Shown piece after piece: positions 19,036-28,821 of a stretch of 64,000 nt of DNA. This DNA is from an uncultured bacterium (GTDB lineage Bacteria; UBA8481). The DNA lies in contig CAZCME010000007.1 of NCBI GenBank assembly GCA_964499705.1, forward strand, positions 1-64,000, read 5' to 3'. The stretch's first letter is position 1; the number at the start of each line of letters is the position of its first letter. The position numbers were made by a program, and so were the translations under genes. Below the pieces are notes generated by a model. It was not told the DNA's origin and made no database searches. It worked only from the letters and a program-made list of their open reading frames with translations.

Positions 19036-20130
19036 TCAGGCCGGAATGGAGGTCCGAGAAGCCGCGTCACGCGGAGCCCGAAGCGTGTTGGCGATGATCG
19101 TCTGATACGCTTCGCACGGAGTCCAGCAATGGGGGCAATTCTCCGAAGCGATCTGAGCACGAACAGCGCGAGCCTCCGCCGACGTCCATACGGATTTCAG
19201 ATCATAGTCATGCTCGCGGAGGCCGCCGACCGGCCGGTCCCACATGAGACACGGATGCACGATTCCCCTGGGCTGGATAAAGCAGGAGACATCCATCGAG
19301 CGGCACGGGGACGGACATCGCCGTGTGCGCGCGAATTCCCTGCCGAGCCTCTGATATTCCGATTCGAGGTGGCTGATCGGACTGAGTCCGCTCCTGCCCA
19401 CGCGCGCGCGATAGTCCTGGAAGGCCGCCTCGCTCTCGGCGGCTTCGGCCAGTTTAATGGGCGGGTCGTTGTCATTGACATAGTACGAAGCCCGTTGGGG
19501 GATGTTGAGATGGAATTCATCAGGCCTGATATCGGGAATCCGGTCCCGCACGGCTTCCAGGGTTTCGGGAAAGGCTCGCACGTTATGCCCCGAAAGCGTC
19601 ATCCCGAGGAAAACGCGGAACCGGCCGGAGTTGCGACGCCTGAACGCCTGGAACACGTTCACGGACTTGTCGAAGTTTCCGGGAACACCCCGGATCCTGT
19701 CATTCAGCTCGGGCGGGCCGTCGAGGCTTACGGTGATGAGCGTCAGCGGAGGCGCATGCTTCGAGAAAATCCGCTCGGCCACTTCGACCGTGTTCGAGCA
19801 GAGCGCGTTCGTCACGAAGTGGAAAAGAAACAGGTTGCGACAGCTCGTAAGAGCCGCATCCGCGATCTCGAAGAAGTCCTTCCTGAGGAATATCTCCCCG
19901 CCGATCATGTCCAGCCACGATATGCGATTCGATTTCCGGAAAAATGCTCGCCACTCCTCGGACGTCAGTTCGTCCTTCGCCTTGAGCTGCCAGATGTTGC
20001 ACGTGAGGCATCTGCTGTTGCACTTGTCGGTGATGTTGAGCGTGACCTTCATGGGATAGGAGAGATGATCGCGTATGTTCGCCTCGATCGAACGGCGCGC
20101 GAGATGCAGGAGCGCTTTTGAAAACTTCAT
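19036..20130 (-). CDS. radical SAM/SPASM-domain protein
   Basis: CNSRCLTC, GGE motif, C-terminal C..(PC)..CPHCWTPC cluster. Confidence 0.9.
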   Translation of the reverse strand: MKFSKALLHLARRSIEANIRDHLSYPMKVTLNITDKCNSRCLTCNIWQLKAKDELTSEEWRAFFRKSNRISWLDMIGGEIFLRKDFFEIADAALTSCRNLFLFHFVTNALCSNTVEVAERIFSKHAPPLTLITVSLDGPPELNDRIRGVPGNFDKSVNVFQAFRRRNSGRFRVFLGMTLSGHNVRAFPETLEAVRDRIPDIRPDEFHLNIPQRASYYVNDNDPPIKLAEAAESEAAFQDYRARVGRSGLSPISHLESEYQRLGREFARTRRCPSPCRSMDVSCFIQPRGIVHPCLMWDRPVGGLREHDYDLKSVWTSAEARAVRAQIASENCPHCWTPCEAYQTIIANTLRAPRDAASRTSIPA

Positions 20131-20447
20131 GGTCGGTATCGTTCCGGCAATATCATCTTATGGCACCTGGAAAAGGAGGCGGGCGACAGGGACTACGATA
20201 AAGCGGGCGAGCACCCGACCCGAAGGGAAGTTTACGCAGATTTGTCATGAAAAGCAACATCGGCCGGGAAACGTCAGAAGGATCCTGCATGGAAAAGCGC
20301 GACCGGCAGGATCGACGGTCGAAATAGGTGCTGTGCGAGTATTCAATCCTGTTCCCTATCGGCTATAATCAATCCTCGTGACGAGGAATACACAGGGGCC
20401 GGCGCGAAATCTTCCCGGCCAAGGATATTTCCCCAGGCGAGGATTTC

Positions 20448-21455
20448 GTGCTGATGGTTAAGGACTCCGATCGAAACCGCGAAGTCGGATTGGATCTCGT
20501 GATCCCGATCTATAACGAAGCCGCCATGATTGATCCGCTTTTCGAGCGGTTGTCGCAGGTTTTTTCGAAAGACGCCTTGAAGCTCCACGGGATTTCCCTT
20601 CTTCGGTTCATCCTGATCGACGATGGAAGCACGGACGAAAGCGCGCGCATGATCGGGGAGAAGATTCAAAACGGAGCACCCGCCGTGCTGTTGAGGCTCT
20701 CCCGCAATTTCGGCCACCAGAACGCCATTTCCGCCGGTTTTCGTCACACCAGTCACGACGTCGTCGCCATCATCGATGCCGATCTTCAGGATCCGCCCGA
20801 GATCATTCTTCACATGCTCAAGCGCTGGCGGGAAGGCTATGATGTCGTCTACGGGGAGAGGCGCGCGCGAAAGGAGAATTTCCTCAAGGTCTTCTCCTAT
20901 TGGCTCTATTATCGCATTCTTTCGTTTTTCTCGGAAATTCCAGTCCCCCTTGACAGCGGGGATTTCTCACTGCTGGACCGCAAGGTCGTCGAGGCCATGA
21001 ACGCATTGCCGGAGACTCTTCGTTTTCCGCGCGGACTGAGAGCATGGGTCGGTTTTCGCCAGGCGGCGCTTCCCTATGAGCGTGAATCGCGCAGGGCGGG
21101 ATCGAGCAAGTATACGTTCAGAAAACTCTATTATCTTGCCACGGACGGACTGGCTTCCATGAGCATTCGCCCTCTCAAGGCGGCGCAATTCGCAAGCTTC
21201 ATCTTCGCGGGACTGGCGCTGCTCTTTTCTTTTTTTCTGCTGGCGCGCTTCAACAGCATCGCTTCGCGGGACGATTCCACAATCTGGTTTCTGATGATCT
21301 GCCTGGTCGTTTCGCTCGCCGCGTTTGTGAATCTCTTCTGCATATATGTCTTGAGCGCCTATGTGGGAAGAACCTACCTGGAAGTCAAGCGCCGGCCTTC
21401 GTATGTCATCATGGAGGTCATTGGCGACCGGGACGGCCATCGTGCCGGACCATGA
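20448..21455 (+). CDS. GT2 polyprenol-phosphate glycosyltransferase (GtrB-like)
   Basis: VIPIYNE, DDGSTD, LSRNFGHQ, DADLQDPP, GDF; two C-terminal TM helices. Confidence 0.92.
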   Translation: MLMVKDSDRNREVGLDLVIPIYNEAAMIDPLFERLSQVFSKDALKLHGISLLRFILIDDGSTDESARMIGEKIQNGAPAVLLRLSRNFGHQNAISAGFRHTSHDVVAIIDADLQDPPEIILHMLKRWREGYDVVYGERRARKENFLKVFSYWLYYRILSFFSEIPVPLDSGDFSLLDRKVVEAMNALPETLRFPRGLRAWVGFRQAALPYERESRRAGSSKYTFRKLYYLATDGLASMSIRPLKAAQFASFIFAGLALLFSFFLLARFNSIASRDDSTIWFLMICLVVSLAAFVNLFCIYVLSAYVGRTYLEVKRRPSYVIMEVIGDRDGHRAGP

Positions 21456-22281
21456 CTCGCTCCTGAGTAGAGCCAACGAATCCGTGAGGTCCGACTCGCG
21501 CTCCAGCGTGGAGAGAATCAGCGACTCCCCTCCCGCGTCGTTCACCGCGGAGTGGTATGATCTCGCCGCGGCGGATCACTTCTGGTTTCAGTGGCGATTC
21601 CGAGTCCTGCATGAATTGATATGCAATGCGGGGCTGCCCACGAACGAACCTCTAGCGGTCTTCGACGTCGGGGGAGGACACGGTGTGCTTCGCGCCCAGA
21701 TCGAGCGGGCCACTGCATGGTCCGTCGATATCGCGGATCTGAATCCCGCCGGGCTCGAACGATGCGGCCCGGGCCGCGGCAGGCTGCTGTATTACGACAT
21801 TACGGAGCAGAGATCTCCGTTCACGGGATCGTATGACGTGGCGCTGCTGATGGATGTGATCGAGCACATCGAGGATCCCATCCCATTCCTGCGCGCGGTG
21901 CTGAATCACTTGAAGCCCGGTGGCGTGCTGCTTGTCAACGTGCCCGCTCTCCGGATTTGCATGAGCGATTACGATGTTGCCGCCGGGCATTTCCGCAGGT
22001 ACAGGATCAACGATCTGACGCGCGAACTTCGTTCAGCCGGAGCCACCATCATCGATGCGCGATATTGGGGACTTTCGATGGTCCCGCTGCTGCTCCTGAG
22101 AAAAGCCGTGCTTGCGCTGGGCCGAGGAAGGGTCAACATCATTCAGACGGGCTTTCACCCCCCCAGCCATGCGGCGCATCAGGTGCTGCGAGGTATAATG
22201 GCCGTTGAATCGAAATTCCTCAGAAGACCTGTTTTGGGCACTTCCGTCCTGGCCGCGGCCAGGAAATCCCTCGAAGCATGA
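21442..22281 (+). CDS. class I SAM-dependent methyltransferase
   Basis: HFWF, FDVGGGHG, DVIEHI, LKPGG..VNVPA, GHFRRY. Start codon uncertain. Confidence 0.85.
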   Translation: MPDHDSLLSRANESVRSDSRSSVERISDSPPASFTAEWYDLAAADHFWFQWRFRVLHELICNAGLPTNEPLAVFDVGGGHGVLRAQIERATAWSVDIADLNPAGLERCGPGRGRLLYYDITEQRSPFTGSYDVALLMDVIEHIEDPIPFLRAVLNHLKPGGVLLVNVPALRICMSDYDVAAGHFRRYRINDLTRELRSAGATIIDARYWGLSMVPLLLLRKAVLALGRGRVNIIQTGFHPPSHAAHQVLRGIMAVESKFLRRPVLGTSVLAAARKSLEA

Positions 22282-22296
22282 TAGCGCTGCCGTCAT

Positions 22297-23748
22297 CTAC
22301 TTCCGCCGATAGATGTCCACGCTGGAGTCTCGATCCCAGGTAATCCACGCCCCCGTATCCGGCGCCGGTTCGCCGCGAGCAAGCACCAGGTAATCCGTCT
22401 CAATTCCGTGCTCGGCGAACTGATGAGCCCGGTGGGGCGAAAGCCAGTTGTGCACCACAACGACTCGCCGCCTGGGAAATCGCCAGGCCAAGCGCGGATC
22501 GAGAACGGTCATCGTCGATCCTTCCGGCACCACCGTGGGAGATATCGTCTTGAACGGCCCGTTGGCCGCGAAATTCAGCGCGCCGCTCCATGATACGCCC
22601 AGCTTCGGCACGAATGTATGGTGATAGTTGAATTGAAGCAGAGTCGCGACAAGGAGCAGGATGAACAGGGCGCGGACGGGACGAAGTCGTTCACGCCAAT
22701 TCGAAATGACCTGGCACGCTCCGCAGAGTATTGCGACCGTGGCCACATGCGTGTAGAACGAATTGATCTTCGGCATGTCACCCGAAGGATCGGCCAGAAG
22801 CACCAGAACCATTTCCGGCAACGCCATGACGAGCGTCAAGGGAGCCATCAGGGGGAGCAGGCAGACGGGCAGAAAGAGGTGCGCGAGATACCCGAGCTTC
22901 GTCCTCGTGAACACCACCTGGGAAAAGATATGCGGTTCGCGGAACAGCGTCGAAACCGCTCCGGCAGGACTCCCTCCGAAGGCGGCATAATGGCGGCCGC
23001 CGGAAATCCATCCCGTTTCAGGCCTCGCCATGACGAAAAGAAGAAGCGCGAGGAGGCCCGCCAATGCGACGGCGCCATCGGCGGAATCATACTTACGGCG
23101 CCGGATCGCCTCCACCGCCCCCGCACTGATGATCGCCAGGGCGAACACTTCAAATGCCATCGCCGCCACCGCAGCGGCCAGGACCATCAGGCAGGGCCGC
23201 TGCGCGACCTTCGCGTACATATACAGGAAAAGGAATGGTACTCCGATGATCGTCGGTTGGGATTCCGTCAGAACAAATCCCGATATGGCCGGATGGAGAA
23301 GATACAGAAGCGAAACCATGATGCCGCACTCGACGCAATCGAAGAGCCGGCGCCCGAACATGAAGGCCGGAATAACGGCCACGAGGCCCCAGCAGAATTG
23401 GGCGACGTAAAAGCCGGCGATGTGCGGAATCAGCCAGTAAAACGGCAGGAAGAGCGGAAAGAGGAAGAAGCCGTGAACGCCATACATCGACGTGCCGAGA
23501 AGATCCGACCAGGGACCTCTTCCCTCGGCCAGATTCCATGCCGCGTTATACACCCACGCCAGGTCGAACCCGAACGTCGGCTCCGTAGACAGAATGGCCA
23601 TACCGCGCCCGATAAAGGCCGCGATCACGACCAGGCTCAGCAGGGCGACGCAGCCGCGCCGCAGCCTTTTCGAAGCGGAAAACGCCAGGCCGGTCAGCGC
23701 GCCGACAACGAGCGCCGCGAAGAAGGGCAGAAGGGGCGTGTTGATCAA
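22297..23748 (-). CDS. DUF2079-like polytopic membrane protein (GT-C-like glycosyltransferase)
   Basis: FDL....AAWNL..G...S.....GVH motif; many TM helices. Confidence 0.75.
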   Translation of the reverse strand: MINTPLLPFFAALVVGALTGLAFSASKRLRRGCVALLSLVVIAAFIGRGMAILSTEPTFGFDLAWVYNAAWNLAEGRGPWSDLLGTSMYGVHGFFLFPLFLPFYWLIPHIAGFYVAQFCWGLVAVIPAFMFGRRLFDCVECGIMVSLLYLLHPAISGFVLTESQPTIIGVPFLFLYMYAKVAQRPCLMVLAAAVAAMAFEVFALAIISAGAVEAIRRRKYDSADGAVALAGLLALLLFVMARPETGWISGGRHYAAFGGSPAGAVSTLFREPHIFSQVVFTRTKLGYLAHLFLPVCLLPLMAPLTLVMALPEMVLVLLADPSGDMPKINSFYTHVATVAILCGACQVISNWRERLRPVRALFILLLVATLLQFNYHHTFVPKLGVSWSGALNFAANGPFKTISPTVVPEGSTMTVLDPRLAWRFPRRRVVVVHNWLSPHRAHQFAEHGIETDYLVLARGEPAPDTGAWITWDRDSSVDIYRRK

Positions 23749-24815
23749 GGGCAGTTTTTCGACTTCGAGTCCGCGGCGTTAATGGCGCAGGCGACAGCTT
23801 CCAGCATCGTCTCCGCGACGCGGCGATGCCCTTCCGGCGCAAGGTGGTTGTAGTCGTAAATGACATCAGTATCATGTTCCACCCCTGCGATCGCTTGCGA
23901 AAGATCGATGACCGGCCGTTCACGCGACGCTCCCCGGATTTCCTCCTGAAATCGATTCACCAGTTTTCGATATCCCTCGCTCGTATAGTGAAAAGCATTG
24001 TCGGCATAATATTTCGGGTATCGACCGTGGTCATAGGGCAGAAGACATAGCCTTATTTTAACGCCGCGCTGTTCGGCTGCACGGACCATGGAGTCCATAT
24101 TCGTCCTGAAATTCCCGATCCACTCCTCGTTCCACGCATCGATTCCCCTGTCCGCGCGTCCATACCGGATCATCCACGCCTCGACCCTCGCCTTGGCATG
24201 CCAGAAGACAAGCGATTGATTCAGAAATTTCAGAAGCGACGGCCAGAATCCCGTCGAGGGACGATAGAGCTCCGGCCCCAGCTGCAGACCGGGCAGGTAA
24301 AAGGGCCACGTTGCCGTAACCATGTCGTTCCATCCCAGGTAAAGAATGACAAGGTCCGGTTTGAATTTCCATAGATCCCGCTCCAGATATTCGCGACACT
24401 GGTTGCTGTTGTATCCTCCCACGCCCGCGTTGAAGACAATCGCCGAGTCGTAACCCGATGCGCGCAGCCGCCGTTCAAGAACCACCTCGAAAACCGCGCT
24501 ATCCGGAGCCCCCATTCCGAAAACGCAGGAATTTCCGACGACGAGTATCCGGGGGGATCCGGGAGATACCGCAAGGTGGGAATCATCTCCCCTCAATCCG
24601 TCGGCGTTCACGTAGTTGCCGCCGTTCCGCGAAGACATTCCTTTTTTCAGCCTGTAGCCGAGACGGGGATCGGGTTCCGTATGAACCGAGACCACGGCCG
24701 GAGGCGCCGGTTTCATGGCTCTTCGCACGCGTAACGCACCCTCAGCGAGCAGAAATATCAGCGGGAAAAACGAGAGCGCCGCGAGCCGGAACCACTTCTT
24801 CCTGGGATCGTTCAT
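23745..24815 (-). CDS. SGNH/GDSL hydrolase-family protein
   Basis: GNSCVFG, NAGVGGY, GWND, DYNH catalytic blocks; N-terminal anchor. Confidence 0.85.
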   Translation of the reverse strand: MNDPRKKWFRLAALSFFPLIFLLAEGALRVRRAMKPAPPAVVSVHTEPDPRLGYRLKKGMSSRNGGNYVNADGLRGDDSHLAVSPGSPRILVVGNSCVFGMGAPDSAVFEVVLERRLRASGYDSAIVFNAGVGGYNSNQCREYLERDLWKFKPDLVILYLGWNDMVTATWPFYLPGLQLGPELYRPSTGFWPSLLKFLNQSLVFWHAKARVEAWMIRYGRADRGIDAWNEEWIGNFRTNMDSMVRAAEQRGVKIRLCLLPYDHGRYPKYYADNAFHYTSEGYRKLVNRFQEEIRGASRERPVIDLSQAIAGVEHDTDVIYDYNHLAPEGHRRVAETMLEAVACAINAADSKSKNCP

Positions 24816-24885
24816 GAAGGGATCAGACGGAAGTCTCGGAACGTGGAGCGCGGAACACGAGATCCCGTGTTCGTTCCCTGGTCAC

Positions 24886-26574
24886 CTACAGGAGAACCGT
24901 GGCTACCTCGGCAAGCGTCGTGATGCCGCGATCGAGCTTGGCGAGCGCCGCTTCTCTCATCGTCATCATGCCGGAATCGATCGCCGCCTGCCTCAGAAGG
25001 TCCGACGGCGACTTCGAGGCGATCATCTCCGAAACGTGATCGTGCGCCACCATCACCTCGAACACGCCCGTCCTGCCCATGAAGCCCGTTCCTCCGCACT
25101 TTCCGCAACCCGCGCCCTCGTAGAATTTCATCTGCGACGCCCGCGCGGCGGGAATGCCGACCCTGGCGAGCAGGGCCGCATCGGGTCGAACTTCCTTGCG
25201 ACATGCCTCGCAGATCAGGCGGACCAGTCGGACGTGGATCGTTCCCGACAGGGCCGATGCGATCGCGAATGAATCGGCGCCCAGCTGCAGCATCACCCAG
25301 TGAGCGGAGGAGGCGTCGTCGGCGTAAAGCGTCCCGATGACACGTCGGCCGGTGGAGGAAAGGCGCAGCATCATCTTCATCTCCTCGCGCGTGTCGATGA
25401 AGGACATGTAGACGATATTGGGTTCCTGTCGTTCGACGGCCTTAAGGGTCAGCGCCCACTTTGCCGCGTCCGTGGCCGCTGATCCGAATTTCGTGACCTG
25501 GTTGAAACCGGAGATGGGATACGCGGGCGGATCCTCGATCGTGACAACCATGTTGGACGCGTCACCGATCCGGGAGAGCACGGAATAAGCGAGGGTCGTC
25601 TTGCCGGAATCGTTCTTGCCTGAAATCAACAGGAGTCCCGTCGGCTTCTTCAGCAGCTCGTTCACGATCTCCCACTGTTCCTTCTCGAACCCGAGATCCG
25701 AAAGCGGCCGTATAACTTCATCGCGGCGCGTGATCTTCAGGACGCACTTCTCGCCGAACATCGCCGGAATGATGGTCACCCGGATATCGATGATCGGCTG
25801 GGCCAGGTCAGGCCGGATATGAAACCGGCCTTCCTCGATGTCGATGACCGATTCCGCGATCGCGATCTTGGAGAGTATCTTGATGCGCGCCAGCACGGCC
25901 TGGTACGTTTCTTTCGGCAGGGACGTCACCGTATGATATCGGCCGTCCACCTTGTATCGGACCGATACGAATTTCTGCTTGGGTTCGAGATGGACCGATG
26001 TGGCCCTCAGGTCGAAGGCCTGCCGGAAAAGCATCTCCAGGATCATGGCGACCGACGGCTTCACTTCCTCTTCCGCCTCCGGGAGCACATGCGTTTCCGG
26101 CCTGACCGGAGCCGGCTCGGGTTGCGGCGAGGACATCCAGATCCGGTCCAGGTGCCTGGACATTTCGCCCTGCGTCGTCAGGGTCACGAAAATCTCGCCG
26201 AGCGCGCGGTTCAGCTCGTCGTGGACCATGATATTGGCCGGATCGGTCATGGCCACGACTACGACGCTTCCCGATGTCGTCTCCGTTCGATAGAGAGGCA
26301 GCACGCCGTAACGACGCGCGAACTTCTCCGGAATCTCCCGCGCCAGCTCCGCGTCGATCCGCGTGTGGTCGAGCTTGACCGTCGGATATCCCAGCTGGAT
26401 GCTGACATACTCGATCACCTGCTCTTCGCTGGTGTAGCCCTTGGAAATGAGCACCTCGCCAAGGCGGCGATCCGTTCGATCCGCTTCCTTCAGGGATTCG
26501 GAGAGCTGGCTGTCCGAGATGATGCCGGCGCGCACCAGGAGCGCTCCCAGGTGCTCCTTCTCATACATCGTCAT
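24886..26574 (-). CDS. GspE/PilB-family secretion ATPase with N-terminal MshEN domain and degenerate Walker B/His box
   Basis: HLGALLV..G.I...QL / RLGEVLI..G repeats, GKNDSGKTT, TIEDP, tetracysteine motif. Confidence 0.85.
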   Translation of the reverse strand: MTMYEKEHLGALLVRAGIISDSQLSESLKEADRTDRRLGEVLISKGYTSEEQVIEYVSIQLGYPTVKLDHTRIDAELAREIPEKFARRYGVLPLYRTETTSGSVVVVAMTDPANIMVHDELNRALGEIFVTLTTQGEMSRHLDRIWMSSPQPEPAPVRPETHVLPEAEEEVKPSVAMILEMLFRQAFDLRATSVHLEPKQKFVSVRYKVDGRYHTVTSLPKETYQAVLARIKILSKIAIAESVIDIEEGRFHIRPDLAQPIIDIRVTIIPAMFGEKCVLKITRRDEVIRPLSDLGFEKEQWEIVNELLKKPTGLLLISGKNDSGKTTLAYSVLSRIGDASNMVVTIEDPPAYPISGFNQVTKFGSAATDAAKWALTLKAVERQEPNIVYMSFIDTREEMKMMLRLSSTGRRVIGTLYADDASSAHWVMLQLGADSFAIASALSGTIHVRLVRLICEACRKEVRPDAALLARVGIPAARASQMKFYEGAGCGKCGGTGFMGRTGVFEVMVAHDHVSEMIASKSPSDLLRQAAIDSGMMTMREAALAKLDRGITTLAEVATVLL

Positions 26575-27428
26575 GCGTAGGGTTCCAGCAGCAGCTTGAG
26601 CTTTTCGATCGTCGCGGCGGGCCAGACTTTCCGATCGGTCATGATGGAATTCCGGAGCGCCGCGTGGGCGGGACTGACGCGTTCCGTCGGCACCCGGGTC
26701 ACGACGTCGCGCACCACGGCTTTGACATTGGCCGCGTTCGCCTTCAGGTTCTCCAGCACCATCTCCACGGACACCTCGCCCGCTTCATGCCATACATCGT
26801 AATCGGTTGAGAGCGCGACCGTGGCGTAGGCGAGTTCCGCTTCGCGCGCGAGACGCGCTTCCGGAACGGCCGTCATGCCGACGACGGAAAATCCGAGCGT
26901 TCTATTGACCGCGGATTCGGCCTTTGTCGAGAACGTCGGCCCCTCGATGCAGACATAGGTGCCTCCGTCGTGCACGGGCAGCTTCAACATCCGGCAGGAA
27001 TCGAGAAGCGCCTTCCGAAGGACGGGGCAGAAAGGTTCGCCGAAGGATACATGGGCGACGATGCCGTCGCCGAAGTATGTGGCCGGCCTCATGCGGGTGC
27101 GGTCGAAAAGCTGATCGGGAATGACGACATCGCGCGGCCTGATCTCTTCTTTCAGGGATCCGACCGCCGAGAGCGAAATCACCCAGTCGGCTCCGAGAGA
27201 TTTCAGAGCCCAGAGATTGGCGCGGGAGTTGACTTCCGCCGGAAGGATCCTGTGGCCGCGACCATGACGCGGCAGGAAGGCCAGCCGCCGTCCTGCGAGC
27301 GTGCCCAGCACGAAAACGTCGGAAGGATCTCCAAACGGCGTCTCGACACGCTTTTCCACGACATCCGCCAGTCCTTCCATTTCATACAGACCGCTTCCAC
27401 CGATGATGCCAATGAGCCCGTTAGCCAT
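26571..27428 (-). CDS. mtnP: S-methyl-5'-thioadenosine phosphorylase
   Basis: IGIIGGSGLY, RHGRGH, EGPTFSTKAES, GMT..PEA.LAREAE, TDYD. Confidence 0.95.
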   Translation of the reverse strand: MANGLIGIIGGSGLYEMEGLADVVEKRVETPFGDPSDVFVLGTLAGRRLAFLPRHGRGHRILPAEVNSRANLWALKSLGADWVISLSAVGSLKEEIRPRDVVIPDQLFDRTRMRPATYFGDGIVAHVSFGEPFCPVLRKALLDSCRMLKLPVHDGGTYVCIEGPTFSTKAESAVNRTLGFSVVGMTAVPEARLAREAELAYATVALSTDYDVWHEAGEVSVEMVLENLKANAANVKAVVRDVVTRVPTERVSPAHAALRNSIMTDRKVWPAATIEKLKLLLEPYA

Positions 27429-27506
27429 GGGCGGGATTTTAGGAGTTCAGGGAGTGAGGGTCAAGGCGGGAAAAGGATGGAGGTGAAGTACTTCACGATT
27501 ATTCCG

Positions 27507-27809
27507 TTATTTCATCTGCCTTGCATAATCAAGGAGCGTCTGCACCAGGAATATCTGAAGGAAATAGATTGCCGCGATGACGACCATGGGAGTGAAGTCG
27601 ATACCTCCGGCCGAGAGAAAGGGCAGGCGCCTCCTGATAACGCGGTACAGCGGCTCCGTCGCGCTCCGGAGAAACCGCACGATGGGATTCCACGGATCCG
27701 CATTGACCCAGCTCACGACGGCGGAGCCGATGATGATCCAGACATAGGCGGAGAAAATGAAGTCGATCACCCTCGCCGTGGCCAGGAGGAAATTGCCGGC
27801 GACGATCAT
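27507..27809 (-). CDS. yggT: YggT family membrane protein
   Basis: SWV..DP.NP.V.FL...TEP...IDF.P; follows proC. Confidence 0.92.
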   Translation of the reverse strand: MIVAGNFLLATARVIDFIFSAYVWIIIGSAVVSWVNADPWNPIVRFLRSATEPLYRVIRRRLPFLSAGGIDFTPMVVIAAIYFLQIFLVQTLLDYARQMK

Positions 27810-28609
27810 CGTCCCAGCTCCATCGATCTCTTGTAGGCCGCGCCGGTCGCCCCGGTGATGATCTCCCCCAGTCCTTTTTCGGCGAATACAGCGAGCGCGC
27901 GCTCGGTCGTTCCGCCCTTCGATGCAACAGCCGCGATCATTTCAGAAAGCGGAACATCTTGCGCCATGGCCAGTTCGGCGGCGCCGGACGCGGTTTTCAA
28001 GACCAGACGACGCGCCGTCCCCGGCTCGATTCCCATCTCCTCGGCGCATCGCACGAGTTCCTTCATCATTAGAAAGAAATACGCCGGGCCGGAACCGGAG
28101 ATCGCCGTGACGGCATCGAGATGACGCTCGTCCATTCGCACCACGTCACCGACAGCCGCCAAGACACGTTCCGCCAGCATCATGGAATCCTCGTCAGCGC
28201 AGGCCCCGGCCGCGAGGACGGTGATCCCCTTGCCGACCAGGGCCGGCGTATTGGGCATCGCGCGAACCACCGGCGTTCCCGCCGGGAAGGATTTCTCCAG
28301 GCGCGCCAGCGTCACTCCGGCGGCAATGGAAATGACGGTGCGCCAGGAGCCGGATCCGGCGGCCCGCAACACTTCGTCCATTTGCTGGGGTTTGACCGCG
28401 AGGACAAGAATCACCGGTTCTGTCGCGGAGAGTTCCCGGACGTCGGGCGCGATATTTTCCCGGGCCAGAATCCTGCTCCATTCCGCCCGCACGGTTTCGT
28501 CGGTGTCCGCCACCCTGATGCATGACGGATCCGCGCCGGACGCCAGCAATCCCCTGATCATGGCTCCGGCCATGCGGCCGCCTCCCGCAAAGCAGATCGT
28601 CTCCTTCAT
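27806..28609 (-). CDS. proC: pyrroline-5-carboxylate reductase
   Basis: GGGRMA, LAVKPQ, ISIAAG, RAMPNTP, TAISGSGPAY, SKGGTT. Confidence 0.95.
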   Translation of the reverse strand: MKETICFAGGGRMAGAMIRGLLASGADPSCIRVADTDETVRAEWSRILARENIAPDVRELSATEPVILVLAVKPQQMDEVLRAAGSGSWRTVISIAAGVTLARLEKSFPAGTPVVRAMPNTPALVGKGITVLAAGACADEDSMMLAERVLAAVGDVVRMDERHLDAVTAISGSGPAYFFLMMKELVRCAEEMGIEPGTARRLVLKTASGAAELAMAQDVPLSEMIAAVASKGGTTERALAVFAEKGLGEIITGATGAAYKRSMELGR

Positions 28610-28821
28610 GGGCGATAAATCCTGTAGACCATGGTGCCGACCATCACGACCAAGACGACCGCGATGCCCGGCAGGGAAAACGTATGGATGAAGGCGCCTG
28701 TCAGTTCGATGAAAGGGCGGAGGAGCGAATCCCAGTAAGGGAGACCGATCAGTCCGAGAAAAAGCAATCCGACCGCGAGGATGAGGAAAAACGCGGCGAC
28801 TTCGTTAGGCCTCACGCTCAT
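28606..28821 (-). CDS. small membrane protein
   Basis: Two hydrophobic helices; overlaps both neighbours. Confidence 0.55.
   Translation of the reverse strand: MSVRPNEVAAFFLILAVGLLFLGLIGLPYWDSLLRPFIELTGAFIHTFSLPGIAVVLVVMVGTMVYRIYRP

Noticed and set aside
18888-19160. N-terminal extension of the TPR ORF overlapping the radical SAM gene
   Set aside because: The signal peptide starts at MPNLRK (18887); the extension is not protein-like.
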